Shown here: one piece after another, positions 1 to 9,380 of the stretch | How positions within the stretch are numbered: the first letter of the stretch is position 1 | Layout: the number at the start of each line of letters is the position of its first letter | NCBI GenBank assembly: GCA_030754595.1 | Contig: JASLZZ010000106.1 | Span: 1-17,645, forward strand | Length of the DNA: 17,645 nucleotides | Origin: Nitrospinota bacterium | GTDB lineage: Bacteria > UBA8248 | Reading direction: 5' to 3' | Translations under genes and position numbers: made by a program | Notes under the pieces: generated by a model | What the model was told of the DNA's origin: nothing | The model's input: only the letters and a program-made list of their open reading frames with translations | The model's database searches: none

Positions 1-279
1 ACGACAGCGACCCGCTCAGGGAAGGACTGCTTGATCGGGGCATCCGGCCGGTCATCCCTCATCGCTCGAACCGCAAGAAGCCCTCTCGCCAGGACGGACG
101 GGAACTCCGGCGCTACCGCAGGCGATGGATCATCGAGCGGATGATTGCCTGGTTTGGCAACTTCCGCAGGCTGACCGTGCGATGGGACCGACTGATGGAA
201 ACCTACGGTGGATTCTTTCATATGGCTTGTGCCCTGATCACGACGAGAAAACTCATGAGGGTTATGAAATGACTTCTAG
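1..279 (+). mobile_element. Right end of an IS5-family insertion sequence (probably IS427/IS1031-like subgroup), cut off by the window start
   Basis: Encodes a DDE transposase C-terminus. The stop codon (270-272) lies in the last ~16 bp (TTATGAAATGACTTCT, presumed right inverted repeat), which ends at CTAG 276-279. TA/CTAG targets are typical of these IS5 subgroups. The left end is not visible, so the inverted repeat and target duplication cannot be confirmed. Confidence 0.8.
3..272 (+). CDS. IS5-family transposase, C-terminal part (5' partial)
   Basis: Not in the ORF track; translated by hand in frame 3: (Y)DSDPLREGLLDRGIRPVIPHRSNRKKPSRQDGRELRRYRRRWIIERMIAWFGNFRRLTVRWDRLMETYGGFFHMACALITTRKLMRVMK*. 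It has YDSD, IP.R.NRK, the YxxRxxIER signature and FRRL..RWDR, all typical of IS5 transposases. Confidence 0.92.
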   Translation, partial: DSDPLREGLLDRGIRPVIPHRSNRKKPSRQDGRELRRYRRRWIIERMIAWFGNFRRLTVRWDRLMETYGGFFHMACALITTRKLMRVMK

Positions 280-543
280 GGATTTTGCGTGCTGGTAAAT
301 CAGGCGCCGGCTAATCAGGCTGTCGAGCATATCTTTTTTCTGTGCCCGGGCCACGGCTTGAACATTCTCCGGGAGGTTTAAAGTAAACGAATTAAAATCA
401 TCGAGGGTGATTTTTTCGTCCCCCATTTCGGCGAGGACGACTTCATCCGGCGCGGGCTTTTTTTCCGCGCCCGGGGACGGGGTGGAAAAACCGAGAACGA
501 GCGCGGCGGAAAAACACAAAATAGGCCATCGGCATCGGCGCAT
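262..543 (-). pseudogene. N-terminal fragment of a secreted PrsA/SurA-like (PpiC-type) foldase, interrupted by the IS5 element
   Basis: ATG at 543 has an AAGGAG RBS upstream. A signal-peptide-like N-terminus is followed by VLAEMGDEKITLDDFN...KKDMLDSLISRRLIYQHAKSL, resembling the SurA/PrsA N-domain. The frame runs into IS sequence at CTAG 276-279 and stops after EVIS. Confidence 0.7.
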
Positions 544-699
544 GAAAGGTCTCCTTGGTCGGTCAGATAAGCCTACGAAAGGTCCAAGCGCCATGGTTGC
601 GCTACTACGTAAACATCCGACGGCGAAAATTCTTCCCTCCGAGCGGGGGGGATACGTGAATTTTGGCGAGAACTGGAGTTTATCCGGCCCTTCCCGGCC

Positions 700-1407
700 C
701 TACTTTTCCATTCGCCTGGGCCCAAAGAGCAACACGCATTCGCCCTTGACGCTGCGGCCTTTCACCCTTTCGGCGAGTTCGGCCGCCGTCCCGCGCAGGA
801 ATTCCTCGTGAAGCTTGGTGATCTCGCGCGCCAGCACCAGCGGTCGGGAGGGGGCGCGGATCGAAATTTCTTCTATCAGGCGGACGACACGGTGGGGAGA
901 CTCGAACAGGATAACCGTTCGTTCTTCCTCGAGGAGTTCCTCGACCCGGCGCCACCGGCGCTCTCCCTTCTGGGGCAAAAACCCCTCGAATACGAACCGA
1001 TCCGTGGGCAGGCCCGAAGCCACAAGCGCGGCCATGACCGCCGAGGGGCCGGGAACGGGCACCACGGGCACGCCGCGCTCAACCGCGGCGCGTACAACCC
1101 GGTAGGCGGGATCGGAAATCCCCGGCGTTCCGGCATCCGAGACGACGGCGACGCACTCGCCCGCCGCCGCTTTTTCGGCAAGCTCCTCGGCGCGGGCCGC
1201 TTCATTGTGATCGTGGTAGCTGAGCAGGGGTTTTTTGATGGAAAGGCGGGAAAGAAGCAGTCCCGTCCGGCGGGTGTCCTCGCAGGCCACAAGGTCGCAG
1301 CTCTCGAGAATCCGCCGCTGGCGATCGGAAATATCCTCGAGGTTTCCGATCGGAGTGGTGACCAGATAGATGCCGGGGGGTAGACTTTCCGGCTCCTGCG
1401 GCATCAC
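700..1407 (-). CDS. rsmI: 16S rRNA (cytidine(1402)-2'-O)-methyltransferase
   Basis: Motifs TPIGNLEDIS, ACEDTRRT, VSDAGTPGISDP, PVPGPSA, FEGFLP, FESPHR and RELTK-like REITKLHEE. Start is GTG 1407 or ATG 1404, after GGAGG. Confidence 0.96.
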   Translation of the reverse strand: MMPQEPESLPPGIYLVTTPIGNLEDISDRQRRILESCDLVACEDTRRTGLLLSRLSIKKPLLSYHDHNEAARAEELAEKAAAGECVAVVSDAGTPGISDPAYRVVRAAVERGVPVVPVPGPSAVMAALVASGLPTDRFVFEGFLPQKGERRWRRVEELLEEERTVILFESPHRVVRLIEEISIRAPSRPLVLAREITKLHEEFLRGTAAELAERVKGRSVKGECVLLFGPRRMEK

Positions 1408-1461
1408 GATTCCTCCGCCGGGTTTTGCCAGGTTTCACGGCGAGTCGGCCGGAGCGGCGCC

Positions 1462-2664
1462 TCAGACCAGGACACCCTCGTCCCTGAGGGCGAGAATTTC
1501 CTCGCCGCTTTTTCCGAGCTCCCCGATCACTTCGTCGGTGTGTTGTCCCAGGGTGGGCGCGGGGCGGCGCACGATGCCGGGCGTTTCCGAGAGTTTCGGC
1601 GGAAATCCAAGCACTCGCGTTTTGCCGGCGGTGGGGTGTTCCACCTCAACCGCCATTTCCCGGTTTTTGACTTGAGGGTGATCGAAAGTCTCGGCCATGT
1701 TCAGTATTGGTCCGCAGGGCACGTTCTCGGCCTCAAGACGCCGGAGCCACTCGTTGCGCGTTTCCTTTGTGAACATTTCGTCCAGCTCCCCGGCCAGCTC
1801 GAGGTAATTGATCGCCCGATCCTTGTCGGTCTTGTACTCGTCTCTGTCCATCAGATCCTCGCGGTCGATGGCCTTGCAGGTTCGCTCCCAGTTGGACTGA
1901 TTCGCAGCGCCCAACGCGATGTAGCCGTCCGAGCACTTGAACGCCTGATAGGGGGCGGTCACCTCGTGCGCAGATCCCCGGGGAACGGGTATTTCCCCCT
2001 TGGGAAAAAACTGGGACGACTGCCAGAAGGTATATCCCAGTCCGGCGTCCACAAGAGATGTATCGATTCGCTGGCCCTCGCCTGTGCGCAATTTGTGGAT
2101 ATAGGCCGAGAGAATGGAAAAAGCGGTGTAGATTCCCGCGTTTAGATCGCAGACTGGAATTGGAATCTTGACCGGCGGGCGGCCCGGCTCCCCGGTGAAA
2201 CTCATCAGGCTCGAGAGCCCCTGCGCCACCAGATCGAATCCGCCCTTGTCCCTGAAGGGCCCCGTGTGCCCGTAGCCGGAGATCGTGGCGTAGATCAGCC
2301 CGGGGTTCACTTTTCGGAAATCCTCGTAGCCAAGACCCAAACGGTCCATGGTGCCAGGCCGGAAATTTTCGATGAGGGCATCCGCGCCCTCGGCCAGCTC
2401 GAATAGAAGAGCTCGGCCCTTTTCCGACTTGAGATCGATTGCCAGGCTTCGTTTGTTGCGGTTCAGGTTCATGAAGCCGTGTCCTTCGCCGCCGTCGAAG
2501 TAGCGCCCCATGCGGCGTGCATCGTCTCCACCACTGGGTTTTTCGACCTTGATGACGTCGGCACCCATGTCGCCCAGAAGAGCGCCGCAAAACGGGCCGG
2601 CCATGATCTGGCACACTTCGAGGACGCGGACACCCTTGAGAGCGCCGCCCATATCCGGAGTCAT
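1462..2664 (-). CDS. CoA-transferase family III (CaiB/BaiF)
   Basis: 400 aa with MAGPFCG..LGDMGADVIKVE, NRNKRSLAIDLK, ENFRPG, GYGHTGP, catalytic Asp in PVCDLNAG and C-terminal APTLGQHT. Confidence 0.95.
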   Translation of the reverse strand: MTPDMGGALKGVRVLEVCQIMAGPFCGALLGDMGADVIKVEKPSGGDDARRMGRYFDGGEGHGFMNLNRNKRSLAIDLKSEKGRALLFELAEGADALIENFRPGTMDRLGLGYEDFRKVNPGLIYATISGYGHTGPFRDKGGFDLVAQGLSSLMSFTGEPGRPPVKIPIPVCDLNAGIYTAFSILSAYIHKLRTGEGQRIDTSLVDAGLGYTFWQSSQFFPKGEIPVPRGSAHEVTAPYQAFKCSDGYIALGAANQSNWERTCKAIDREDLMDRDEYKTDKDRAINYLELAGELDEMFTKETRNEWLRRLEAENVPCGPILNMAETFDHPQVKNREMAVEVEHPTAGKTRVLGFPPKLSETPGIVRRPAPTLGQHTDEVIGELGKSGEEILALRDEGVLV

Positions 2665-2671
2665 CGGGTGT

Positions 2672-3484
2672 TTATCTCCCCTCGAAACGCGGGGTGCGCT
2701 TGGACAGAAACGCGTCCACCCCTTCTTTAAAGTCTTCGGTGTCGAAGCTGGCGAACTGTTTGGCGATATCTTCCTCGGTGAGGGTGTCGAGAGACGGATC
2801 GCGAAGGATGGTCTTCACAAATTCCTTGTGCCAGCGCTGGACGAGGGGTGCGAGCGAGGCGATACGCCCCGCGGTTTCGAGAACTGTCTTCTCCACCTCG
2901 CCATCCGGAACCACCCTGGCCAGAAACCCGACGTCGAGCATTTCCTTGGCGGAAAAAAGGCGCGCTGTCAGGAGCATGTCCATTGTGCGTGTGGGCCCGA
3001 TCGAGTGAACGAAGCGGCGCAATTCGGAGTAGCCGGCCACGAGACCCAGCTTTGCTACGGGCACACCAAATCGGCTCGATTCGCCCGCGATGCGTATATC
3101 CGTCGCCGAGGCGAGCTCGATCCCCCCGCCGACGCATGCCCCGCGGATCAGCGAGAGGGTCGGCTTGTTGAAAGCATCGATGGCGTCGAGACCGGGGAGG
3201 AATTGTTCCGAATACTCGCGCGCTTGGGCGGAATTCGAGCGCTCCTCTGCAAAGCGGGAAATATCGGCCCCGGCTGAGAAGGCCCTTTCCCCCGCTCCCC
3301 TGAATATGAGAACGCGGATATTATCGTCCTTGTCGAGCTCGGGGACGAGCCTGGCCAACTCCGCCCACATTTCGAGTTCGATGGCATTCATCCGGTCGGG
3401 ATGATTAAAAGTGATCGTTGCGATCTGTCCTTCACGGCCGAGGAGGAGCTTTCCTCCGGCAAACCCTTCCGTTGCCGCAGTCAA
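2672..3484 (-). CDS. Enoyl-CoA hydratase/isomerase (crotonase superfamily)
   Basis: Motifs FSAGADIS, KPTLSLIRGACVGGGIEL, DIRIA...RFGVP.AKLG and EDFKEGVDAFLSKRTPRF. TTG start preceded by GGAGG. Confidence 0.93.
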   Translation of the reverse strand: MTAATEGFAGGKLLLGREGQIATITFNHPDRMNAIELEMWAELARLVPELDKDDNIRVLIFRGAGERAFSAGADISRFAEERSNSAQAREYSEQFLPGLDAIDAFNKPTLSLIRGACVGGGIELASATDIRIAGESSRFGVPVAKLGLVAGYSELRRFVHSIGPTRTMDMLLTARLFSAKEMLDVGFLARVVPDGEVEKTVLETAGRIASLAPLVQRWHKEFVKTILRDPSLDTLTEEDIAKQFASFDTEDFKEGVDAFLSKRTPRFEGR

Positions 3485-3518
3485 CAGACCGCCTCCCTGG
3501 ACACCGGAACCACCACCG

Positions 3519-3737
3519 CTATTCGCCTTGCTCTTCCCTGAACTCCTCGAGCCAGGCCATCTGAATTCTTTCGAGCTTACCTTCGGTGGATTTCATCGGG
3601 TCGCCACCGAATTCCTCGAGATCGATCACCCATTGATGAAGGTCAGTGAAACGCACTTGAAGAGGATCGACGCCTGAATGGTTTTCCGCCAGCGCAATGC
3701 CTATATCCTCAGCGTCATCCCATGTAAATTTTTCCAA
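3519..3737 (-). CDS. iscX: Fe-S cluster assembly protein IscX (YfhJ)
   Basis: 72-aa acidic protein with W.D.EDIGIAL, DP..VRFTDLH.W and KLERIQMAWLEE. Lies directly downstream of fdx, the usual position. Confidence 0.93.
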   Translation of the reverse strand: MEKFTWDDAEDIGIALAENHSGVDPLQVRFTDLHQWVIDLEEFGGDPMKSTEGKLERIQMAWLEEFREEQGE

Positions 3738-3757
3738 GTTCTTTTCTCCCGATCCGG

Positions 3758-4108
3758 TTAATGGCTTTCCCGGGCAGCTTCAGGACCTTCCTGAACGAGG
3801 TTAACGTTCCAGAAAGGAACATCGATCTCGATGACCTGACCCGTTTCCTCCTGAAGCACACACTGGCAGGCCAGCCGGCTGTTGAGACCCACATCACGAG
3901 CGTTGTCGAGCTGATCTTCTTCATCCTCCTCGGCCTCGGGAAACAAGTCGAATCCCTCGCGAATCTTCACGTGGCACGTCGAGCAGGCGCAAACGCCGCC
4001 ACAGGCGTGATCGAGATCGATGCCATTGTCCAGAGCCACCTCCAGGATATTTTGCCCCGGCTTAATTTCAAAAGTCCGATCTTCGTCGACAAAATGAAGT
4101 TTTGCCAT
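3758..4108 (-). CDS. fdx: ISC-type (adrenodoxin-like) [2Fe-2S] ferredoxin
   Basis: Motifs HACGGVCACSTCHV and SRLACQ; located between hscA and iscX. Confidence 0.95.
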   Translation of the reverse strand: MAKLHFVDEDRTFEIKPGQNILEVALDNGIDLDHACGGVCACSTCHVKIREGFDLFPEAEEDEEDQLDNARDVGLNSRLACQCVLQEETGQVIEIDVPFWNVNLVQEGPEAARESH

Positions 4109-4123
4109 TTTCTGTCTCCGTTG

Positions 4124-4143
4124 AAAACCGCCGCCTTCGGCGG
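4124..4143 (-). terminator. GC-rich hairpin plus short U-tract immediately after hscA (weak intra-operon terminator or mRNA stability element)
   Basis: Minus strand reads CCGCCG-AAGG-CGGCGG-TTTT, beginning 1 nt after the hscA TAG. Confidence 0.45.
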
Positions 4144-4144
4144 G

Positions 4145-5968
4145 CTATTCGCTCATCGCCTCGCTCAAGCGCTTATTGGTTAGCGCCTCTTTGAGAACAT
4201 TATCCATCATTCTTTCGGCGAGCGGATGGGTCACCTCGTTGAGGGCGTCAATCTTGTCTCGAATGAGTTGATGGTCCTCGCTCTCAAGCGCTCTTTCGAC
4301 ACCCGATACGGCTCCGGTGATCGAGGCACGCTCTTCGCCGCTCACGTTCACCTCACCGTAATCGCGAAGCGCGCGCAACGTCGCCGCCACGACACTTTCG
4401 GCCTCGGTCCGCGCTTCGAGCACTTGCCGGGCGTGGATATCGGCCTCGGCGTTCTCGAAAGAGTCGAGGAGCATCCGCTCCACCTGTTCGTCCGTGAGGC
4501 CGTAGGAGGGCTGAACATCGACCGAAGCCGCCTTGCCGCTCCGTAGATCCCTGGCCGTGACACTCAGGATTCCATTCGCGTCGATCAAGAACGTCACTTC
4601 GATCCGGGCCATGCCCGCGGGGGCCGGGTCGATGCCGAGGACGAACCGGGCGAGAGAACGGTTGTCTTTGATCAATTCACGCTCGCCCTGGAGAACATGT
4701 ATGTCCACGCCGGTCTGGTTGTCCTTGAAGGTAGTGAACACCTCGCGTTGGCTTGTCGGAATCGTCGTGTTGCGCGAAATGATCCACCCCATCGCCCCGC
4801 CCACAGTCTCGATACCGAGTGAGAGCGGGGTTACGTCGAGGAGGAGCATATCTTTTCGCCCTCCGGCGAGAATATCCGCCTGGACCGCCGCCCCCAGGGC
4901 CACGACCTCGTCGGGATTCAGGTCCGAGTGGGGCTCTTTTCCGAAAAGGTCGGCCACCATATGCCGCACAAGCGGAATCCGCGTCGAACCGCCAACGAGA
5001 ACCACCTCATCTATCTCACTCGCGGTAACTCCAGCGTCCACAAGGGCCCTGCGGCAAGGAGCCAGCGTTCGCTCGGCGATGGGTGAGATGATCTTTTCCA
5101 TCTCAGCGCGCGTGAGTTTTTCCCTAAACGAAAGAGAAGTCCCCCCCGGGTTTTCCAGGACGATTTCGGTCTCATTTTTTTCGGTCAATTCCCGTTTCGC
5201 CCGCTCGGCCGCGAGAACAAACTGGCCCACCGCTTCGGGATTCTCCTCGACTCTGTCCCCCGCACGTTCAATCAGATAATCCGCCAGGGCGCAGTCGAAA
5301 TCGTCTCCTCCGAGCCGGGTATCACCACCGGTCGCCAGGACTTCGAATATGCCCTCCTTCACTCTCAGGACGGAAATATCGAAGGTACCTCCGCCCAAGT
5401 CGTAAACCGCGATGACCCCCCGGTTACGGTCGTGCAGCCCGTAGGCCAGCGAGGCGGCCGTCGGCTCGTTGACGATGCGGAGAACCTCGAGACCCGCCAG
5501 CCGGCCGGCGTCTTTCGTTGCCTGCCGCTGGGCGTCGTTGAAATGCGCGGGCACGGTGATGACCGCACGTTGAACCCGCCTGCCCAAATGTTTTTCCACG
5601 CGCGATTTAAGCTCGCGCAAAATAATCGCGCTGATCTCGGGAGCGCTGTAGGCCCGCCCGCGCGCCTTGACATAGACGGCTTCCTTGCATTCCGGATCGA
5701 TCTTAAAAGGTATGTGGCGTAATTCTTCCTCGACATCAATGAAGCCGCGCCCCATAAATCTTTTGATGGAAAAAATGGTGTCGCGGATATGCTCGGCGCG
5801 ACCGGTGCGGGTTTTCTCGCCCACAAGCACCCTGTCCGAACGAAAACTCACCACCGAGGGCACAAAAACGTTTTCGCCCTCAGGCGCGATGACCGACGGG
5901 CCGTCCTCTTCCATGATGGCGACCAGGCTATTCGTCGTGCCGAGGTCGATTCCGATGATGTCGCTCAT
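4145..5968 (-). CDS. hscA: Fe-S protein assembly chaperone HscA (Hsp70 family)
   Basis: Motifs [55 protein letters not shown] and PSYGLTD. The start overlaps the hscB stop (GTGATG): ATG 5968 or GTG 5971. Confidence 0.95.
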   Translation of the reverse strand: MSDIIGIDLGTTNSLVAIMEEDGPSVIAPEGENVFVPSVVSFRSDRVLVGEKTRTGRAEHIRDTIFSIKRFMGRGFIDVEEELRHIPFKIDPECKEAVYVKARGRAYSAPEISAIILRELKSRVEKHLGRRVQRAVITVPAHFNDAQRQATKDAGRLAGLEVLRIVNEPTAASLAYGLHDRNRGVIAVYDLGGGTFDISVLRVKEGIFEVLATGGDTRLGGDDFDCALADYLIERAGDRVEENPEAVGQFVLAAERAKRELTEKNETEIVLENPGGTSLSFREKLTRAEMEKIISPIAERTLAPCRRALVDAGVTASEIDEVVLVGGSTRIPLVRHMVADLFGKEPHSDLNPDEVVALGAAVQADILAGGRKDMLLLDVTPLSLGIETVGGAMGWIISRNTTIPTSQREVFTTFKDNQTGVDIHVLQGERELIKDNRSLARFVLGIDPAPAGMARIEVTFLIDANGILSVTARDLRSGKAASVDVQPSYGLTDEQVERMLLDSFENAEADIHARQVLEARTEAESVVAATLRALRDYGEVNVSGEERASITGAVSGVERALESEDHQLIRDKIDALNEVTHPLAERMMDNVLKEALTNKRLSEAMSE

Positions 5969-6615
5969 CACGCCTCTTTCAGCGCCTGATTCACGCTCCG
6001 GAGAATGTTGTCGATATAATTCCGGAGACTCAGAACGGATCTAAGCCTGTCGATCACCTCGGCGGGAGGGTCTTCACCTGCATCAATGGCCTTGTCCCAC
6101 CTTGCGCCGAGGTCTTCGAGGGCGGTGCGTTGACCGGCCCGCTGCGCCACAAAACATTCCTTGGCGGCCTCAAGATTCGCCCGGAGATTTTTCGCCTCTA
6201 CCGCGTCGTTTTCACAGCATTTGTACTCGGCGGCCGCCTCCTGCGCCTTGAATATTTCCTCGAGCAAGTCCACTGGCGGGCTCGAGTCGTTTTCCTCGAG
6301 CTTTCCGCTCTCGAGTTCGACGAGATATACCGCTCTTAGAATGGGATCTTTGAGGGTTTTGTAGGCGCTATTGAGCCGGGCCGAGGCATCGAGGCTGAGA
6401 ATCCGTTTCGAGGAAGGGGCGTTCGTAAAAAAATCGGGGTGCAGCCTGCGGCTATATTCGTAATATTTTGTTTCGAGTCCGGCCTCGTCAATTTCCATTT
6501 TCCGCGGCAGGGAGAAAAATGCAAAGTGGTCGACGGAGGAGGAAATGAGCTGAATCTCTCCGTTTTCGTCGAACACCGAAAAAGTATCGCGGCTTTTTAC
6601 TCTTGTCTGATTCAT
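5968..6615 (-). CDS. hscB: Fe-S protein assembly co-chaperone HscB (J-domain)
   Basis: Motifs [19 protein letters not shown] (HPD) and [18 protein letters not shown]; located between iscA and hscA. Confidence 0.93.
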   Translation of the reverse strand: MNQTRVKSRDTFSVFDENGEIQLISSSVDHFAFFSLPRKMEIDEAGLETKYYEYSRRLHPDFFTNAPSSKRILSLDASARLNSAYKTLKDPILRAVYLVELESGKLEENDSSPPVDLLEEIFKAQEAAAEYKCCENDAVEAKNLRANLEAAKECFVAQRAGQRTALEDLGARWDKAIDAGEDPPAEVIDRLRSVLSLRNYIDNILRSVNQALKEA

Positions 6616-6739
6616 TTCTAAGGTCCGGAAAAACAGCCCCCAAACGGAAGGCCGTGGCGCGATGGCCGCCTCAAAAGAAACGCGTCGCGCCCACCCGGAT
6701 GCATTTGGGGGAGACGAGGCGCGCTCTTGAAATCAGTCG

Positions 6740-7090
6740 CTAGATAGAGAAACTTTCCCCGCATCCGCAGGACTGGCGTGCGTTGGGGTTCTTGAAGGTA
6801 AAGCCCTTGCCTGACAGGCCGTCTTCGTAATCAAGAGTGGACCCCGCCAAAAAAAGAATGCTCTTTTTGTCGACGACGACGCGGACGCCGTCTTTTTCGA
6901 TCACGTGGTCCATTAAACCGATGCTGCCTGCTTCCTCGAACTGGAGCACATAAGAAAGTCCCGAGCACCCACCGCCTCGAACTCCGACCCGGACAACGGC
7001 ATCGGCCTTGTCTTCGTTCTTCATGAACCGCTTAACGTGCTCAACCGCCTTGTCGCTGATCCCGATGGATTTTTTCTCGGCAAGCTCCAT
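6740..7090 (-). CDS. iscA: A-type Fe-S carrier IscA (HesB family)
   Basis: Motifs RVGVRGGGCSGLSY and NPNARQSCGCGESF. ATG 7090, with AAGGA upstream, is preferred over the ORF-track start at 7144. Confidence 0.93.
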   Translation of the reverse strand: MELAEKKSIGISDKAVEHVKRFMKNEDKADAVVRVGVRGGGCSGLSYVLQFEEAGSIGLMDHVIEKDGVRVVVDKKSILFLAGSTLDYEDGLSGKGFTFKNPNARQSCGCGESFSI

Positions 7091-7164
7091 TGTCTCATCC
7101 TTTATTCTTATTTTGGGTCGCGCTTCAGAGGCCCGGTTCACCAAAAACCGTCACGCCGCGAGAT

Positions 7165-7578
7165 TTAAACCGCCGATCTGGAGTCTCCGACAGACGGTAT
7201 GCCCTGTTTTTCGCGGTAATCGTTCAGGGCTGCTTTAATGGCGTCCTCAGCGAGAACCGAACAGTGAATCTTGACCGGAGGCAGGTTGAGCTCCTCGACG
7301 ATCTCCGTGTTCTTGATCTCCTGCGCCTCGTCGACGGTCTTTCCTTTCAGCCATTCCGTTGCCAAGGAACTCGATGCGATAGCGCTTCCGCAGCCGAAGG
7401 TTTTGAACTTGGCGTCCTCGATAACGCCATCGCCGCTGACTTTTACCTGGAGCTTCATCACGTCGCCGCACTCCGGGGCGCCGACAATGCCGGTCCCGAC
7501 GGCATCGGCATTCTTGTCGAGCGAACCGACGTTGCGGGGATTGTTGTAATGATCGACAACCTTTTCGCTGTAAGCCAT
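7165..7578 (-). CDS. iscU: Fe-S cluster scaffold IscU
   Basis: Motifs MAYSEKVVDHY.NPRNVGS, GAPECGDVMKLQ, FKTFGCGSAIASSS and the HscA-binding LPPVKIHC. Strong AAGGAG RBS. Confidence 0.98.
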   Translation of the reverse strand: MAYSEKVVDHYNNPRNVGSLDKNADAVGTGIVGAPECGDVMKLQVKVSGDGVIEDAKFKTFGCGSAIASSSLATEWLKGKTVDEAQEIKNTEIVEELNLPPVKIHCSVLAEDAIKAALNDYREKQGIPSVGDSRSAV

Positions 7579-7676
7579 TTCTTGAATTTCTCCTTTTAAA
7601 TTTCACCGAGAAGTTGTCTCTGTATGCTTATCTGAAAAAATCGTCCTCTTTTTCGAGGAACCCTGTGTTCGTTCGA

Positions 7677-8897
7677 TTAATGGTGCGCCCATTCCACTTT
7701 CGAAAGGTCGACGCCTTCCTTGACCATCTCGTAGAGCGGACTCATGTCGCGCATGCGATTGACTACCTCGACCGTCTTTTCGGCCACGAAATCCACCTCT
7801 TCCTGGGTAGTAAAGCGACCCAGGCCGAAGCGGATCGAGGAGTGGGCCAACTCGTCGCCGCGGCCCATCGCCTTAAGAACATAACTCGGCTCCAAGCTGG
7901 CAGATGTGCAGGCCGAACCGGAGGAGACCGCTACGTCCTTGAGGCCCATGATGAGCGACTCGCCCTCGACGTAAGGAAAGCTCACATTGAGGTTGCCGGG
8001 AAGGCGCTGCGTTTCATGGCCGTTTACATAAACCTCATCGAGGCTTTCCATCAGCGTGGCCTTGAATTTGTCGCGCATGTTCGAGAGGCGGACACTTTCC
8101 TCCTCCATACTTTCCTGGCAGAGCTCCGCCGCCTTGCCGAATCCGACGATGCCCGAGACGTTGAGCGTGCCCGAACGCATTCCGCGCTCGTGACCGCCAC
8201 CATCAATAATGGCGGCGAGGCGGACGCGCGGTTTCCGGCGGCGGACATAAAGAGCGCCGACACCTTTGGGGCCATAAATCTTATGCGCGGAAATCGACAT
8301 GAGATCGATGAAGTCGTCGTTGACGTCGAGAGGTATTTTTCCGAATCCTTGGGTGCCATCGGTGTGGAACAAAACTTTCCTTGAACGGCAAAGCTCGCCA
8401 ATCTCCCTAATCGGGTTGATGACACCAATCTCGTTGTTGGCTGTCATGATGGAGACCAGGATAGTCTCGTCGGTCATCGCCTCCTCGACCATTTTGGCGG
8501 TGGTCATGCCGTCCTCGCGAGGCATGATGTAGGTCACGTCGAAGCCCCAGGTCTCGAGACGTTTGGCCGAGTCAATAACGGCCTTATGTTCGATCGCGGA
8601 GGTGATGATGTGTTTGCCCTTGGTCTTGTAAGTCTCGGCGACGCCCTTGAGCGCCATGTTGTCGGACTCGGTTGCGCCGCTGGTGAAAATGATCTCGCGG
8701 GGATCGGCGCCGATCACATTGGCGATGCGCTCGCGTCCGTCATCGACTGCTTTTTCCGCTTCCCAGCCGTAGCTGTGGTTGCGGCTCGCTGCGTTGCCAA
8801 ATGTCTCGGTGAAATAAGGAAGCATCTCTTCCAAGACACGAGGGTCCGTCGGCGTTGTGGCCTGATAATCCATATAGATGGGTAGCTTGAGGCTCAT
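7677..8897 (-). CDS. iscS: Cysteine desulfurase IscS
   Basis: Motifs [31 protein letters not shown] (PLP Lys), [17 protein letters not shown] and SPLYEM...W..H. Real start is ATG 8897, overlapping the Rrf2 stop (ATGA); the 9044 start in the ORF track is an over-extension. Confidence 0.97.
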   Translation of the reverse strand: MSLKLPIYMDYQATTPTDPRVLEEMLPYFTETFGNAASRNHSYGWEAEKAVDDGRERIANVIGADPREIIFTSGATESDNMALKGVAETYKTKGKHIITSAIEHKAVIDSAKRLETWGFDVTYIMPREDGMTTAKMVEEAMTDETILVSIMTANNEIGVINPIREIGELCRSRKVLFHTDGTQGFGKIPLDVNDDFIDLMSISAHKIYGPKGVGALYVRRRKPRVRLAAIIDGGGHERGMRSGTLNVSGIVGFGKAAELCQESMEEESVRLSNMRDKFKATLMESLDEVYVNGHETQRLPGNLNVSFPYVEGESLIMGLKDVAVSSGSACTSASLEPSYVLKAMGRGDELAHSSIRFGLGRFTTQEEVDFVAEKTVEVVNRMRDMSPLYEMVKEGVDLSKVEWAHH

Positions 8898-9319
8898 TGA
8901 ATCTCTCCCACGGGTAGATCGGACATATCCAGCAGTGTCATTTCCTTGAGCATCTCGACGAGTCTCTGCTGAATACGCTCCATTGGCTGAAGTAGTGGAC
9001 AACTTGCGAACTGATCGCAATCGGAAGCATCTCCGATCTGGCAATTCGCCATGGCGACGTGTCCCTCGATCGCCTGAATCACTTCGAAAACAGAAATGCT
9101 CTCGGGCCGACGGGAGAGAACATACCCCCCCTTGGGCCCGTTTTTGGATTCCACAATTTCTTTTTTGGCCAACAGTTGCATCGTCTTGGCCAACAACTCG
9201 GGCGGAATCCCATATTTTTGGGCAATAGTCTTTGCGTTCGTTGCCTCACCGTCTTCCTGGTAGGCCAGATGGGAAAGAGCGATAAGTCCATAATCCGTTC
9301 TTTTTGAAAAGGTTATCAT
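8894..9319 (-). CDS. Rrf2-family Fe-S-sensing transcriptional regulator heading the isc operon (IscR-like position)
   Basis: 141 aa from ATG 9319, which has a purine-rich RBS. Contains [10 protein letters not shown], a winged HTH with [21 protein letters not shown], and three Cys as C-x7-C-x5-C. Confidence 0.92.
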   Translation of the reverse strand: MITFSKRTDYGLIALSHLAYQEDGEATNAKTIAQKYGIPPELLAKTMQLLAKKEIVESKNGPKGGYVLSRRPESISVFEVIQAIEGHVAMANCQIGDASDCDQFASCPLLQPMERIQQRLVEMLKEMTLLDMSDLPVGEIQ

Positions 9320-9380
9320 CGCCTCTCCCCGACCTCCGGACCTGAAATTGAAAGCGGAATCAATCCGGCCGGTCACAGTA

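Noticed and set aside
4145..5968. dnaK
   Set aside because: Position between hscB and fdx, the TTNSLVA and PSYGL motifs and the lack of a DnaK-type C-terminal tail indicate HscA.
808..8885. Numerous plus-strand and alternate-frame ORFs overlapping the minus-strand genes (e.g. 1540-2145, 2510-3277, 4533-5279, 7614-8384)
   Set aside because: They are shadow ORFs expected in GC-rich coding DNA and show no recognisable motifs.
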